DNA of 32,000 nt from Promethearchaeum syntrophicum (GTDB lineage Archaea; Asgardarchaeota; Lokiarchaeia; Sigyniarchaeales; Promethearchaeaceae), in the NCBI RefSeq assembly GCF_008000775.2, contig NZ_CP042905.2, positions 2,700,001 to 2,732,000 of the forward strand. The letters run 5' to 3'. This document shows, piece after piece, positions 1-8,266 of this stretch. The notes below the pieces were generated by a model. It ran no database searches and had not been told where the DNA came from. It saw nothing but the letters and a program-made list of their open reading frames with translations. Both the position numbers and the translations under genes were made by a program. Every line of letters starts with the position of its first letter. Within the stretch, counting starts at the first letter, position 1.

Positions 1-423
1 GCTGATCGAGATTTATCTCGTCCAGTTATTGAAATCCGTGATTTTCAATATAACGATTTGCTATATGAAATTTATGCATTCGGTTCAGATGTAATTGTTG
101 CTCCTGTCGGAAAAAGGAAATATCGGAATAAAACCCCAAAAAAGAAGAAGCGATCCAATTTTTCATCAAATTTTAATGCATTAGATTTAGAATCTGATGA
201 TTTAATTCAAACTTCAGTATTCCGTAAAAATAAAGGATATACGATTGTGACTGATATCTCTTATAAAAACCAATATCTTAATTTCTATGTAAAAAATACT
301 CACCTATTTTCAGCGACGATGAATAATCATGGTGAGATTTATATAAAAAATAATAGCCCAATCTATTCCCGGATAAAAAATGCATTACAAAAGGGAAAAA
401 AAATCCAAGCATCTCAAGACTAA
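1..423 (+). CDS. hypothetical protein, C-terminal part (ORF open to the left window edge)
   Basis: Frame 1 is open from base 1 (ADRDLSRPVIEIRDFQYND...) with no stop before 421-423. The track start at 58 is only an internal TTG. No recognisable domain. Confidence 0.4.
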   Translation, partial: ADRDLSRPVIEIRDFQYNDLLYEIYAFGSDVIVAPVGKRKYRNKTPKKKKRSNFSSNFNALDLESDDLIQTSVFRKNKGYTIVTDISYKNQYLNFYVKNTHLFSATMNNHGEIYIKNNSPIYSRIKNALQKGKKIQASQD

Positions 424-456
424 TGATAATCTTTTCTATTTTAATGAATTAATTAC

Positions 457-1242
457 CTACAGTTTCTGCTTTTTTTCTTTGATTGCTGAAATAAATCCCG
501 ATATTATGAGAAGGATTACAATTGTTAATAATAAGGTCAGGATGATAAAAACAAACACAGCAGCTTGATTTTCAAAGAATATTATCAATACATATGCAGT
601 GAGAGCAGTAACCAGTACTATAACCATTAGAATCTTGAGCCAACCTTTTTTATGTCTAACCTTCTTGCTAAATGAAATTTTATCAGTAACATTAAACCAA
701 GCCAAAAGTATTAGTATAAAGGGGATAGAGTAATGAATAATTTGGTTAAATAAATGTGTAGACCCATAAGCAATGTAGAAATAATAATCAATCAAAGTAA
801 TTAAAGACAAAAATCCTGCAGTAGTTGGTGTAGGCACCCCCACATAACCTTCTAATTCAGTGCAATTAAAATGAGCTAATCGAATAATTGCACCTAAAAT
901 AAAAATAAATGTAGGAATAAACATTACCCATATAGAAAAACCCTTTATTCCCATAGAAGTAGTAGTTTGGGTATAAATATAAAAAGTAATGATTGCGGGT
1001 GCAAACCCAAAAGCAAAAAAATCACTTAAGGAATCTAATTCTTTTCCAAATTCATTGGCTTGATTTAATTTCCGAGCAAGATACCCATCTAATGTATCTG
1101 TAATGATTGCGATAAATATCATAGCCATAGCTAACCGATATGCATGATATTCTGATATGGTAAGAATAATTGCAAAAAACCCACATGCACTTCCGATTAA
1201 GGTTGCGATATCTTTAATTTTTATTATAGAAAGCATACCCAT
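457..1242 (-). CDS. pssA: CDP-alcohol phosphatidyltransferase, phosphatidylserine/archaetidylserine synthase type
   Basis: Exact D-x2-DG-x2-AR-x8-G-x3-D-x3-D signature (DTLDGYLARKLNQANEFGKELDSLSD). The protein is multi-pass hydrophobic, with size and layout typical of PssA-type enzymes. Confidence 0.8.
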   Translation of the reverse strand: MGMLSIIKIKDIATLIGSACGFFAIILTISEYHAYRLAMAMIFIAIITDTLDGYLARKLNQANEFGKELDSLSDFFAFGFAPAIITFYIYTQTTTSMGIKGFSIWVMFIPTFIFILGAIIRLAHFNCTELEGYVGVPTPTTAGFLSLITLIDYYFYIAYGSTHLFNQIIHYSIPFILILLAWFNVTDKISFSKKVRHKKGWLKILMVIVLVTALTAYVLIIFFENQAAVFVFIILTLLLTIVILLIISGFISAIKEKKQKL

Positions 1243-1285
1243 AATTATGAATAATAAATATGAATAATAAAGGTATAGAATAATA

Positions 1286-2641
1286 ATGAATAATAAAGGT
1301 ATAGAATATCAAAAAGCCACGACAAAAAAGATGTTACTTTATGCATCCCCTAGATTAGGAATACAATTTTTTATAAGTATAATTGATTTTGCCCTACTAT
1401 TCTTGTATAAAGATGTTTATAGCTTAAACGGGTTGTTTGTCGGAATAGCCCTTGCACTTGGTAAACTATCTGTCGGATTCAGCCAATTTATTATAGGATG
1501 GGCGAGTGATCATACAAAAACCAGATGGGGAAGGAGAAAACCTTATATTATTATAATGACCCCGATATTATGTATTACTTTTATTATGTTATTGCTCCCA
1601 GGACTTTTTTTAGGTGCGAATCCGCCTGAGAATTCCCTTTTTATTTGGTTAGTCATATTTAACTGCTTATCCCAAGCAGCTTATTCTGTTACTACGCCCT
1701 ATCATGCATGGAATGCTGAACTTTTCCCAGTAGATCAACGCCCGAAAGTTTCCTCGTTTCAAAATATGTTCAATATAATTGGGGCTGTGATTATTACTTT
1801 GTTCACACTGGTAATTTTGACAGACGTAAAAGATAAAATAGAAGCAGATCCTACAGTAATCCCAACAAACTTTCTTGTATCAATACTTTTTTTTGCTTTT
1901 GTACTTATTACAATGAGCTTTTTTAGCACCATTGCACTACCGGTAGAAAATACTCCAGAATATGGTTCTAAAATGAAAGATGATTTGAAGATTATATTGA
2001 AAAATAAAAATTTCCTTTTAGTGACTTTCATGCAAGGATTTTGCTCCTTAGCTATTGCAATGATCTCATCCATACTCGCAAAATTTGCCGATAACGTGGT
2101 CCATTTGGGCAGTGATACTAATATTGTTGTATCCGCTTTAATGGTTATAGCAATGCTATTTGGTCTATTTTGGTTCAAACATAGAATTGAAACCAAAGGA
2201 AAGAAAAAGACACTTATTTTCATATTTCTGTGGGGAATTATAATTCTACCATTTTCATTACTAGGATTTTTCCCATTTGCTCAAAGCATGATTTATGGAA
2301 TTGTTTATATCTCCTTCGTAGCCATAGCAATCGGGGGGTGGTATCTTTTTCCTTATATAATGTATGCTGATATTGCGGATGATGACCAAAAAAAAACTGG
2401 TGAACTCAAAGCGGGGATTTATGCCGGTTTTCCATCCATAATTCTTAATATATTCCAAGCTATTTCTCTATTTTTCACAGGTTGGCTAATCGAATTACCT
2501 TTAATCACCAATGTTCCTGATACCGAACCATTTTCGATAGGACTATTATTAATGGGTCCTATAGGCTCACTATTTCTAATTATTGCTCTATTATTTGGAA
2601 AGAAATTTGTTACCCTCGATTTCTCTTGGGAAAAGCAATAA
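1286..2641 (+). CDS. MFS-type transporter, glycoside-pentoside-hexuronide (GPH) cation symporter-like
   Basis: About 12 hydrophobic segments. The loop motif SDHTKTRWGRRKPYII matches the GPH/MelB-family D-x-t-x-x-x-GRR-P signature. Confidence 0.7.
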   Translation: MNNKGIEYQKATTKKMLLYASPRLGIQFFISIIDFALLFLYKDVYSLNGLFVGIALALGKLSVGFSQFIIGWASDHTKTRWGRRKPYIIIMTPILCITFIMLLLPGLFLGANPPENSLFIWLVIFNCLSQAAYSVTTPYHAWNAELFPVDQRPKVSSFQNMFNIIGAVIITLFTLVILTDVKDKIEADPTVIPTNFLVSILFFAFVLITMSFFSTIALPVENTPEYGSKMKDDLKIILKNKNFLLVTFMQGFCSLAIAMISSILAKFADNVVHLGSDTNIVVSALMVIAMLFGLFWFKHRIETKGKKKTLIFIFLWGIIILPFSLLGFFPFAQSMIYGIVYISFVAIAIGGWYLFPYIMYADIADDDQKKTGELKAGIYAGFPSIILNIFQAISLFFTGWLIELPLITNVPDTEPFSIGLLLMGPIGSLFLIIALLFGKKFVTLDFSWEKQ

Positions 2642-2655
2642 GCTTGATTTTTGAA

Positions 2656-2666
2656 TTTTTTTTTTT
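2656..2666 (+). terminator. oligo-T tract (T11) just after the transporter gene
   Basis: A run of 11 T lies 15 nt after the stop at 2641. Archaeal RNA polymerase terminates at oligo-T. Confidence 0.35.
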
Positions 2667-2716
2667 CGATTTATCTTTAAGAAATATTTACATTACTTAA
2701 TTAGGGGAGAATTAAA

Positions 2717-3643
2717 CTGAGGGACATAAAATTCAATTATCAAAAGAATGGAATATTTGTTAGTTTAGGACTAATAATCCTCTTTTCATCTATAGGAGGA
2801 TATCTTACAAATTCTCAAATTTCCTCTCCCACTTTACATTTTATCTCATCAGCAAGCACCACTCAAATTCTACAAACTCCAATTTTTATCGATGGAACTG
2901 ATCCTAATCATGATTGGGATAATACTGAAAATGTTACTGGAACAGGCACTGTATCAGATCCTTATCAAATTGAGAATTTAATAATTGAAATAGATGGATA
3001 TGAAAATGGGATTTTCATTTCTAATTCAAATAAAACACTTCAAATTAAGAATTGCACAATTCTGCATAAGAATGAGATCTCTTCTGATAATGTTATGTCA
3101 GCAATCGGCATCTATTTTCAAAATTGCACAAATATTCAAGTTACAGATTGCACATTAACTCAGAATTCCTATGGTATGTTATTATTGAATTCTACTAATA
3201 TCCTAATCGAAGAAAGCACCTTCAACAACAACAAAATGACAGGGATTTATTCTAATCATTCTTCAAAAAATCTTTTTCTAAACAACAATATTAAACAAAA
3301 TAATAACACTGGATTTATACTAGAATTTTCAGATTCAAATACTATATCGGTTCACAACATTTCCGAAAATTATTTTTATGGTATCCACCTAAAAAATTCC
3401 AATGAAAATCGCATTCAAGACAGCTATATCCAAGATAATGGAAAAAGAAATGTTTTTACCCAAAATTCAGTGGGTACTCAATATTCTGGAAATACTCGAA
3501 TGGAACAATGGATTGAAGGATTTCTTGTTGAATTAGGTGCCGTTGTGTTTGTAACTGCTTATGTAATCTACAAACATTCTAAAGATGAGAAACGGTATAA
3601 AATAAAAAAAGAATTTAAAAAATTTATTGAAAATGATAACTAA
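2717..3643 (+). CDS. membrane-anchored right-handed parallel beta-helix (PbH1/NosD-like) repeat protein; start codon unresolved
   Basis: The frame is open from 2705. The N-terminal hydrophobic anchor (GIFVSLGLIILFSSIGGYL) is followed by PIFIDGTDPNHDWDNTENVTGTGTVSDPYQIENLII and about 22-aa N/S/T-rich beta-helix repeats. A C-terminal TM (FLVELGAVVFVTAYVIY) and basic tail close the protein. The track only reports it from the internal ATG at 3095. Confidence 0.6.
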   Translation: MRDIKFNYQKNGIFVSLGLIILFSSIGGYLTNSQISSPTLHFISSASTTQILQTPIFIDGTDPNHDWDNTENVTGTGTVSDPYQIENLIIEIDGYENGIFISNSNKTLQIKNCTILHKNEISSDNVMSAIGIYFQNCTNIQVTDCTLTQNSYGMLLLNSTNILIEESTFNNNKMTGIYSNHSSKNLFLNNNIKQNNNTGFILEFSDSNTISVHNISENYFYGIHLKNSNENRIQDSYIQDNGKRNVFTQNSVGTQYSGNTRMEQWIEGFLVELGAVVFVTAYVIYKHSKDEKRYKIKKEFKKFIENDN

Positions 3644-3701
3644 AGAATTTAAACATCCTAATTAATTCTTACATTCCTGTTTTCTTCTGTCCCCACATTC
3701 C
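3638..3701. repeat. left copy of a perfect 64-nt direct repeat (partner 13502-13565)
   Basis: Base-by-base identical to 13502-13565 (offset 9864). It overlaps the stop codon of the beta-helix gene. Confidence 0.95.
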
Positions 3702-3722
3702 TAGCGAGACTGCTAACTCTTT
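3669..3722 (-). pseudogene. orphan 3' stub of a RuBisCO-family gene (17 codons plus stop)
   Basis: The minus-strand reading gives KELAVSLGMWGQKKTGM*, against KELGISLGMWGQKKTGM* at the end of the intact gene at 13533-14870. An in-frame stop lies 10 codons further upstream, so there is no gene body. Confidence 0.75.
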
Positions 3723-3849
3723 AACTAAATTATCGCCAGAGAAGCGGCTTTGTCAGACTTTTTAGGTTTTTCAAAGGGTAAAATTAGCATAAAATATATT
3801 GAAATTTATTATTCATTAATCAACATTAGGTTCAATAAAATCAAAGAAT

Positions 3850-4554
3850 CTAATTATTTCTCTTTTTTCGATTTGTTCTGATTCTCGCTCTCCGCCTTTC
3901 TAATTGTTCCGCTGAATTTCTATCAATATTTTGCCCTTCAAATTGTACACCATTGGGCGGAGATTGATTACCTCTCCTTCTTGGGCGGAGGAACGCATAA
4001 CCACCAACTCCGAGAATAGCAGCACCAATTGGTATCCATAACAAATTTAAATTGCCCTCCTCTTCATCGGGAGGATTGGGGGGAACGGGATCAGGTTCTT
4101 GAGGAAAGGGTTTTGGGGTTATATGTCCCGCATGATATGTTCCCGAGGAAAGCGGATTTATAAAATAAATCTTCATTATGAAATTATACAAATATCTTCC
4201 ATTATGATAAAACAATAAATATTCTTTAGATACTATATAGAACCGTAAACCCTCAAGAATTACTTCAATACCATAAATATCTCCCGATCCACCTAATTTC
4301 TTGATAAAACTAGAACCATTTGTGAGATTCACTATATATGAACATCGGAAAGCAGTGATGTCACGAGAACTATTGATTCTAAATTTAAGGGAGTCATTGA
4401 CATCTTCCATTGTTATGTTAGTATATTCCTCATCGCTTGATTGAACTTGTCGTCGATTTTGTGGGATGTCCTTTGGATTTGGATGAATTACCACCACACA
4501 ACAAATCCCGATTGCGAATATAAGGATCATCGTTTTTTTTTTCATACTAATCAT
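3850..4554 (-). CDS. hypothetical type-I membrane/surface protein
   Basis: It has an N-terminal signal-like segment (MKKKTMILIFAIGICCVVVI), a Pro-rich linker (PFPQEPDPVPPNPPDEEE), a TM (LLWIPIGAAILGVGGYAFL) and an Arg/Lys-rich tail. No recognisable family. Confidence 0.55.
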   Translation of the reverse strand: MISMKKKTMILIFAIGICCVVVIHPNPKDIPQNRRQVQSSDEEYTNITMEDVNDSLKFRINSSRDITAFRCSYIVNLTNGSSFIKKLGGSGDIYGIEVILEGLRFYIVSKEYLLFYHNGRYLYNFIMKIYFINPLSSGTYHAGHITPKPFPQEPDPVPPNPPDEEEGNLNLLWIPIGAAILGVGGYAFLRPRRRGNQSPPNGVQFEGQNIDRNSAEQLERRRARIRTNRKKRNN

Positions 4555-4744
4555 TTTTTATTGGGTTATTTAATATCGAAAAAATTTATTTGATAATATG
4601 AGATCATTTGCAAGAAGAGTACTTTCAAGAATTCTCATTTCGGGAAAATTTCTTAATTTGTTTTTTTGTTCAATTGTTCAATCTTCTAAAAAAATACACG
4701 AATCTTTCTAGACCAATTTAAGAAACAATATTTTTAAACTGGGT

Positions 4745-5131
4745 TTATGACACAATACTCAACATGCAATATCGTTCCTCTATGATATATTCAACCCCTA
4801 TTAACGATAAATCACCCATTCCATGTCCCCACACCCCATATTTTTCCGCATCAGCGTATACCGAATAATATCCCTCATAAATACACTGTGCTAAATCCAA
4901 TCGGGAAAACCCCCCAATAACCTGATACTCGAAAACTGCTCCCTTTTCCAGCGGATATGAAAATTCTATTTTGATCGCTTGTTCGGGTATGATTATTCGG
5001 TTCGGACTGAGAAGGTGATATTTGAGCTCGGGATTTCCGAAATGAATAATGGTCGGATTATAATTATCTTCGGGATCATCATCAAACCACCGAAATTTAA
5101 AGGTTTTAATTCCCTTCTGTTTTTTTACCAT
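4745..5131 (-). CDS. hypothetical protein (128 aa), co-directional and 12 nt downstream of the LRR gene
   Basis: Clean ORF with tight spacing to the upstream LRR gene, which suggests an operon. No domain recognised. Confidence 0.5.
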   Translation of the reverse strand: MVKKQKGIKTFKFRWFDDDPEDNYNPTIIHFGNPELKYHLLSPNRIIIPEQAIKIEFSYPLEKGAVFEYQVIGGFSRLDLAQCIYEGYYSVYADAEKYGVWGHGMGDLSLIGVEYIIEERYCMLSIVS

Positions 5132-5143
5132 TTTTTAATCCAC

Positions 5144-6430
5144 CTATAAGTATATTTTTAGCCCGTTGGGGAGATTATATGTTCTTTTATCCCTTATCAT
5201 CTCTAAAACTGCATCATTAGAAGGGACATTATTCTCCAGGATTTTGATTTCAGAACTACTGGCTTCAAAAACTAATCTTTCGCGTTCATCTTCAGTCAAA
5301 GATGCGGGAGAGGAAATATATTGGGTTGCCAGGGCTTTAGGTGATTTTTCATAGTATTTATAGAGTTTTTCAATATCTGATTGTTCTTCAAAGTAGGTGT
5401 GTTTTTCTCCCTTTTTCGTTAAAAATTCATTCGTTAGTATCAGTCTGGCTTCACTATACATTTTAATGAGATATTTTGGCAAGGTCCTGATGGGATTGCC
5501 TTGGATATTTAATAGACTGAAATTCTCTAAAGTCTTGAAATTTTGAGGAGGGGATGAGAGAAGATTATCATATAAATTAAGCTCAAACAGCTTCTCGAAA
5601 TTGTCAATATACTCAGGGATGTTGGTGAGAAAATTTTTGCCTAAATTGAGAATCTTCAGATTAACGAGATTTCTAAAACTGGTGGGGAGGGTTGTCAGTT
5701 TATTTCTATTCAAATAAAGCCGTTGGAGGCTGGTGATATTGCCAAAATTCTCGGGTAAAGATGTAAGTTGATTATCGCTTACAGCAAGAATCCTAAGGGT
5801 AGATAAATTCCCAATAGTATTCGGCAATGTGTCAAGGTTGTTTTCCGTTAAATTTAGGATTTCAAGATTTTTTAAATTTCCAATACTTTCGGGGACAACG
5901 GTTAGCCGATTTCTTTCTATGTCGAAATCTTCTAGTCTTGTTAAATTTCCGAAATTCTCTGGTAAAGAAAGGATTTTATTTTCATTGAGATTCAGTCTTT
6001 CAAGGAATGCCAAATTTCCCAAAGATTCTGGCAATGTTTTGATCCGATTTTTTCTGAGATATAATCTTTTGAGGTACCTTAGATTTTCAATGTCGTCAGG
6101 GAGGGACATTAACTGATTGTTTGATAAATTGAGGTCGAGCAGATATTTGAGATTCGTAAAATTGTCGGGTAATTGCCGGAGATTGCTATGAAGGAGTTCA
6201 AGGGTGATAATGTGACCTCGGTACACTCTGAATTTTGCATCAAAGGAATGGAATTCCTCTACCGCTTCCGCTTCTTTTTTCGGGATTTTGAGCATTTCAT
6301 CACCCACCGTTATTTTACCCCTTGAACCTTTGAATTTAATCCTACAGATATTATTGAAAACAAGTTGAGTATTTCGATTTTTATTTCCATGATGAAGTAT
6401 TCCATAGAAGTATTTAATAAGCAATTCCAA
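5144..6430 (-). CDS. leucine-rich repeat (LRR) protein with conserved non-LRR N- and C-terminal modules
   Basis: About 11 consecutive 23-aa units of the form LxxLPxxIGNLxxLxxLxLxxNxL. The track start at 6430 is TTG. The ATG at 6295 (MLKIPKKEAEAVEEF...) is an equally plausible start and aligns with the N-terminus of the paralog at 10016. Confidence 0.85.
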   Translation of the reverse strand: MELLIKYFYGILHHGNKNRNTQLVFNNICRIKFKGSRGKITVGDEMLKIPKKEAEAVEEFHSFDAKFRVYRGHIITLELLHSNLRQLPDNFTNLKYLLDLNLSNNQLMSLPDDIENLRYLKRLYLRKNRIKTLPESLGNLAFLERLNLNENKILSLPENFGNLTRLEDFDIERNRLTVVPESIGNLKNLEILNLTENNLDTLPNTIGNLSTLRILAVSDNQLTSLPENFGNITSLQRLYLNRNKLTTLPTSFRNLVNLKILNLGKNFLTNIPEYIDNFEKLFELNLYDNLLSSPPQNFKTLENFSLLNIQGNPIRTLPKYLIKMYSEARLILTNEFLTKKGEKHTYFEEQSDIEKLYKYYEKSPKALATQYISSPASLTEDERERLVFEASSSEIKILENNVPSNDAVLEMIRDKRTYNLPNGLKIYL

Positions 6431-6739
6431 AAATAGAAAAAAAAATATGATCTTACTATATTACAATACCCATCCATACTGGAAAAAATTAAACCCCTTT
6501 TTCAAAATGGTCCCGCAGAATATGATTCTATATATTGGATAAAAAACCAATATCCCGGATTACCATTAGTTGCTGGAGAAATGACTCCTCATGATTATCA
6601 AGTTAAAGATCTTAAAGCTAAAATGATTTCAATTGTAACTTATGTGGAGATTTTAATGAAATGTACAGATAAATTAAATTCTCTGAAATCTAAAATCAGT
6701 GAATGATTAATTTAAATTTTTCTTATTTCCTCCATTTAT

Positions 6740-8175
6740 TTTGGGTTGATTAAAGTAGATTTCTTGCATTTGAACTTGTTTTAAATTTTCTTCTCCACTA
6801 ACCGAAGTTGAGTTTGAATAAATGAGAATTGTCGAAGGGTAGGGCCTCGTTTCCAACTTTTTAACATATTATGTTGTCGCCTCCTTCGAGCTTTCTCAAT
6901 TTGCCATGCATTATAAAGCCAGTATTGAACTGAACGCATTGTTAATTTCCGGGCATTTGTATGTGCATTGGATGGCGGACCAAGTCGATTTATATCCCGA
7001 AAACCAGTCTCAATTTGCCACCGACGATCATATTTTTGACAAATACTTGAAGCCCAACCTTGTTGAGCCTTTTTGCATCTAGGTGGAGGCTTTGTAGTCA
7101 TCATCACCATTATTTCCTTCATTGCTTCAGTTAAATCAATCCTTCTTTGTTTGAAATCCTGTCGAATATCCCGTAACCGCCGACCTTGTCGATTGGTAAA
7201 AATTAACCACACGTGGATCCCTGGCAAGTGATAAAATTTCTTTGGTGCGCCTCGAACGATGTATGATTGAATATAGTGAATATCTTTTTTTAAATAACGT
7301 TCTAAAAGCCGTTTAATTGGCTTCCACTTTCGATAGGGGCCAATATAATGGATCCCACGCGGATTTAATTCGGACAATAATTCATAGGTCGGGAACCATC
7401 GATCACCTATCACAGCTCTAACATTAAACCCATGTTGAATTATTCTATCAATGCAATGAAGGATTTTTGGGACATTTGAGTGCTTTCTTTTAATGAGATG
7501 AATTCCAACAAATAAGCTGGTTCCTTTGCTTTTTATCATCAGACCAAGATAATTTCGTTTACGAGATGTGCCAGGGCCATTATAACCTTTTGTAAGGAAT
7601 GGATTTTGAGGAAATCGCTCTGATCCATAGTACCATTGATCAGTATTATCAATTAACAAGTCAATTTGATGGGAAATAAATCCATTTTGAAGAGCATAAT
7701 TGAGTTGGGCATCAAATATCATATCATTTAATCTATTTAATATCCAAAGTGGGAGTGATTGCCGATATTTGCGTACTTGATCTCCATTAGGGCACTTTCT
7801 TTCCCGCCGTACAAGTTCTCCTAAAAATTGTCTCGGTTGAATTTTCCTGCGACGGGTGGCATTTTCCTTCTGCCAAAGTAATTTATTCAACTCATCAGAA
7901 GCTTCATCTAATGAAAGATCCATGAGGGAATGAAGTATTAATATTTCCCAAAAATCTTCAGCGGAATACTTATATCCTTTTCGTTTTGAGAGATGAGTTT
8001 GGTTGATAATTTCTAGAGCAAGATTTTTTAGCCATGGCAGCCAATAATCATATGGGCATGATTCTTCTGCGGGGTGGAGCGGGAACTCCAATCCGCTTGT
8101 TGTTACAGATTGCATGATTACAAGGAAGAATCGGCTCCTTGTAAATCTTTTATTTCGACAAAAATAAATTCATTG
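6740..8175 (-). mobile_element. insertion sequence around the transposase gene; ends approximate
   Basis: Only an imperfect candidate inverted repeat was found by eye: catttattttgggttgattaaagtagattt near 6742, against the reverse complement of 8135-8170, aatttatttttgtcgaaataaaagattt. No clear target-site duplication was identified. Confidence 0.3.
6781..8115 (-). CDS. DDE transposase, IS4/IS5-superfamily (DDE_Tnp_1-like)
   Basis: The C-terminal YDRRWQIETGFRDINRL matches the Y-x2-R-x3-E signature region of IS4/IS5-type transposases. DRWFPTYELL is typical of the second Asp region. Confidence 0.8.
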   Translation of the reverse strand: MQSVTTSGLEFPLHPAEESCPYDYWLPWLKNLALEIINQTHLSKRKGYKYSAEDFWEILILHSLMDLSLDEASDELNKLLWQKENATRRRKIQPRQFLGELVRRERKCPNGDQVRKYRQSLPLWILNRLNDMIFDAQLNYALQNGFISHQIDLLIDNTDQWYYGSERFPQNPFLTKGYNGPGTSRKRNYLGLMIKSKGTSLFVGIHLIKRKHSNVPKILHCIDRIIQHGFNVRAVIGDRWFPTYELLSELNPRGIHYIGPYRKWKPIKRLLERYLKKDIHYIQSYIVRGAPKKFYHLPGIHVWLIFTNRQGRRLRDIRQDFKQRRIDLTEAMKEIMVMMTTKPPPRCKKAQQGWASSICQKYDRRWQIETGFRDINRLGPPSNAHTNARKLTMRSVQYWLYNAWQIEKARRRRQHNMLKSWKRGPTLRQFSFIQTQLRLVEKKI

Positions 8176-8266
8176 AAAACTGAAAATAGAAAAAAAAGTT
8201 ACAGGATACAAACAATATAAAGAAATAATCACTGCTCTAAATCATATTTACTTATATAATCCACAG

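Noticed and set aside
1759-2223. 154-aa antisense ORF inside the transporter gene (also 2261-2458).
   Set aside because: It is entirely nested antisense to a well-supported membrane transporter ORF, with no independent signals.
6742-8170. Precise IS boundaries from the imperfect inverted repeat, and a target-site duplication.
   Set aside because: The inverted-repeat match is only about two thirds identical by eye and needs a gap, and I found no flanking direct repeat. The boundaries are therefore reported only as approximate, at low confidence.
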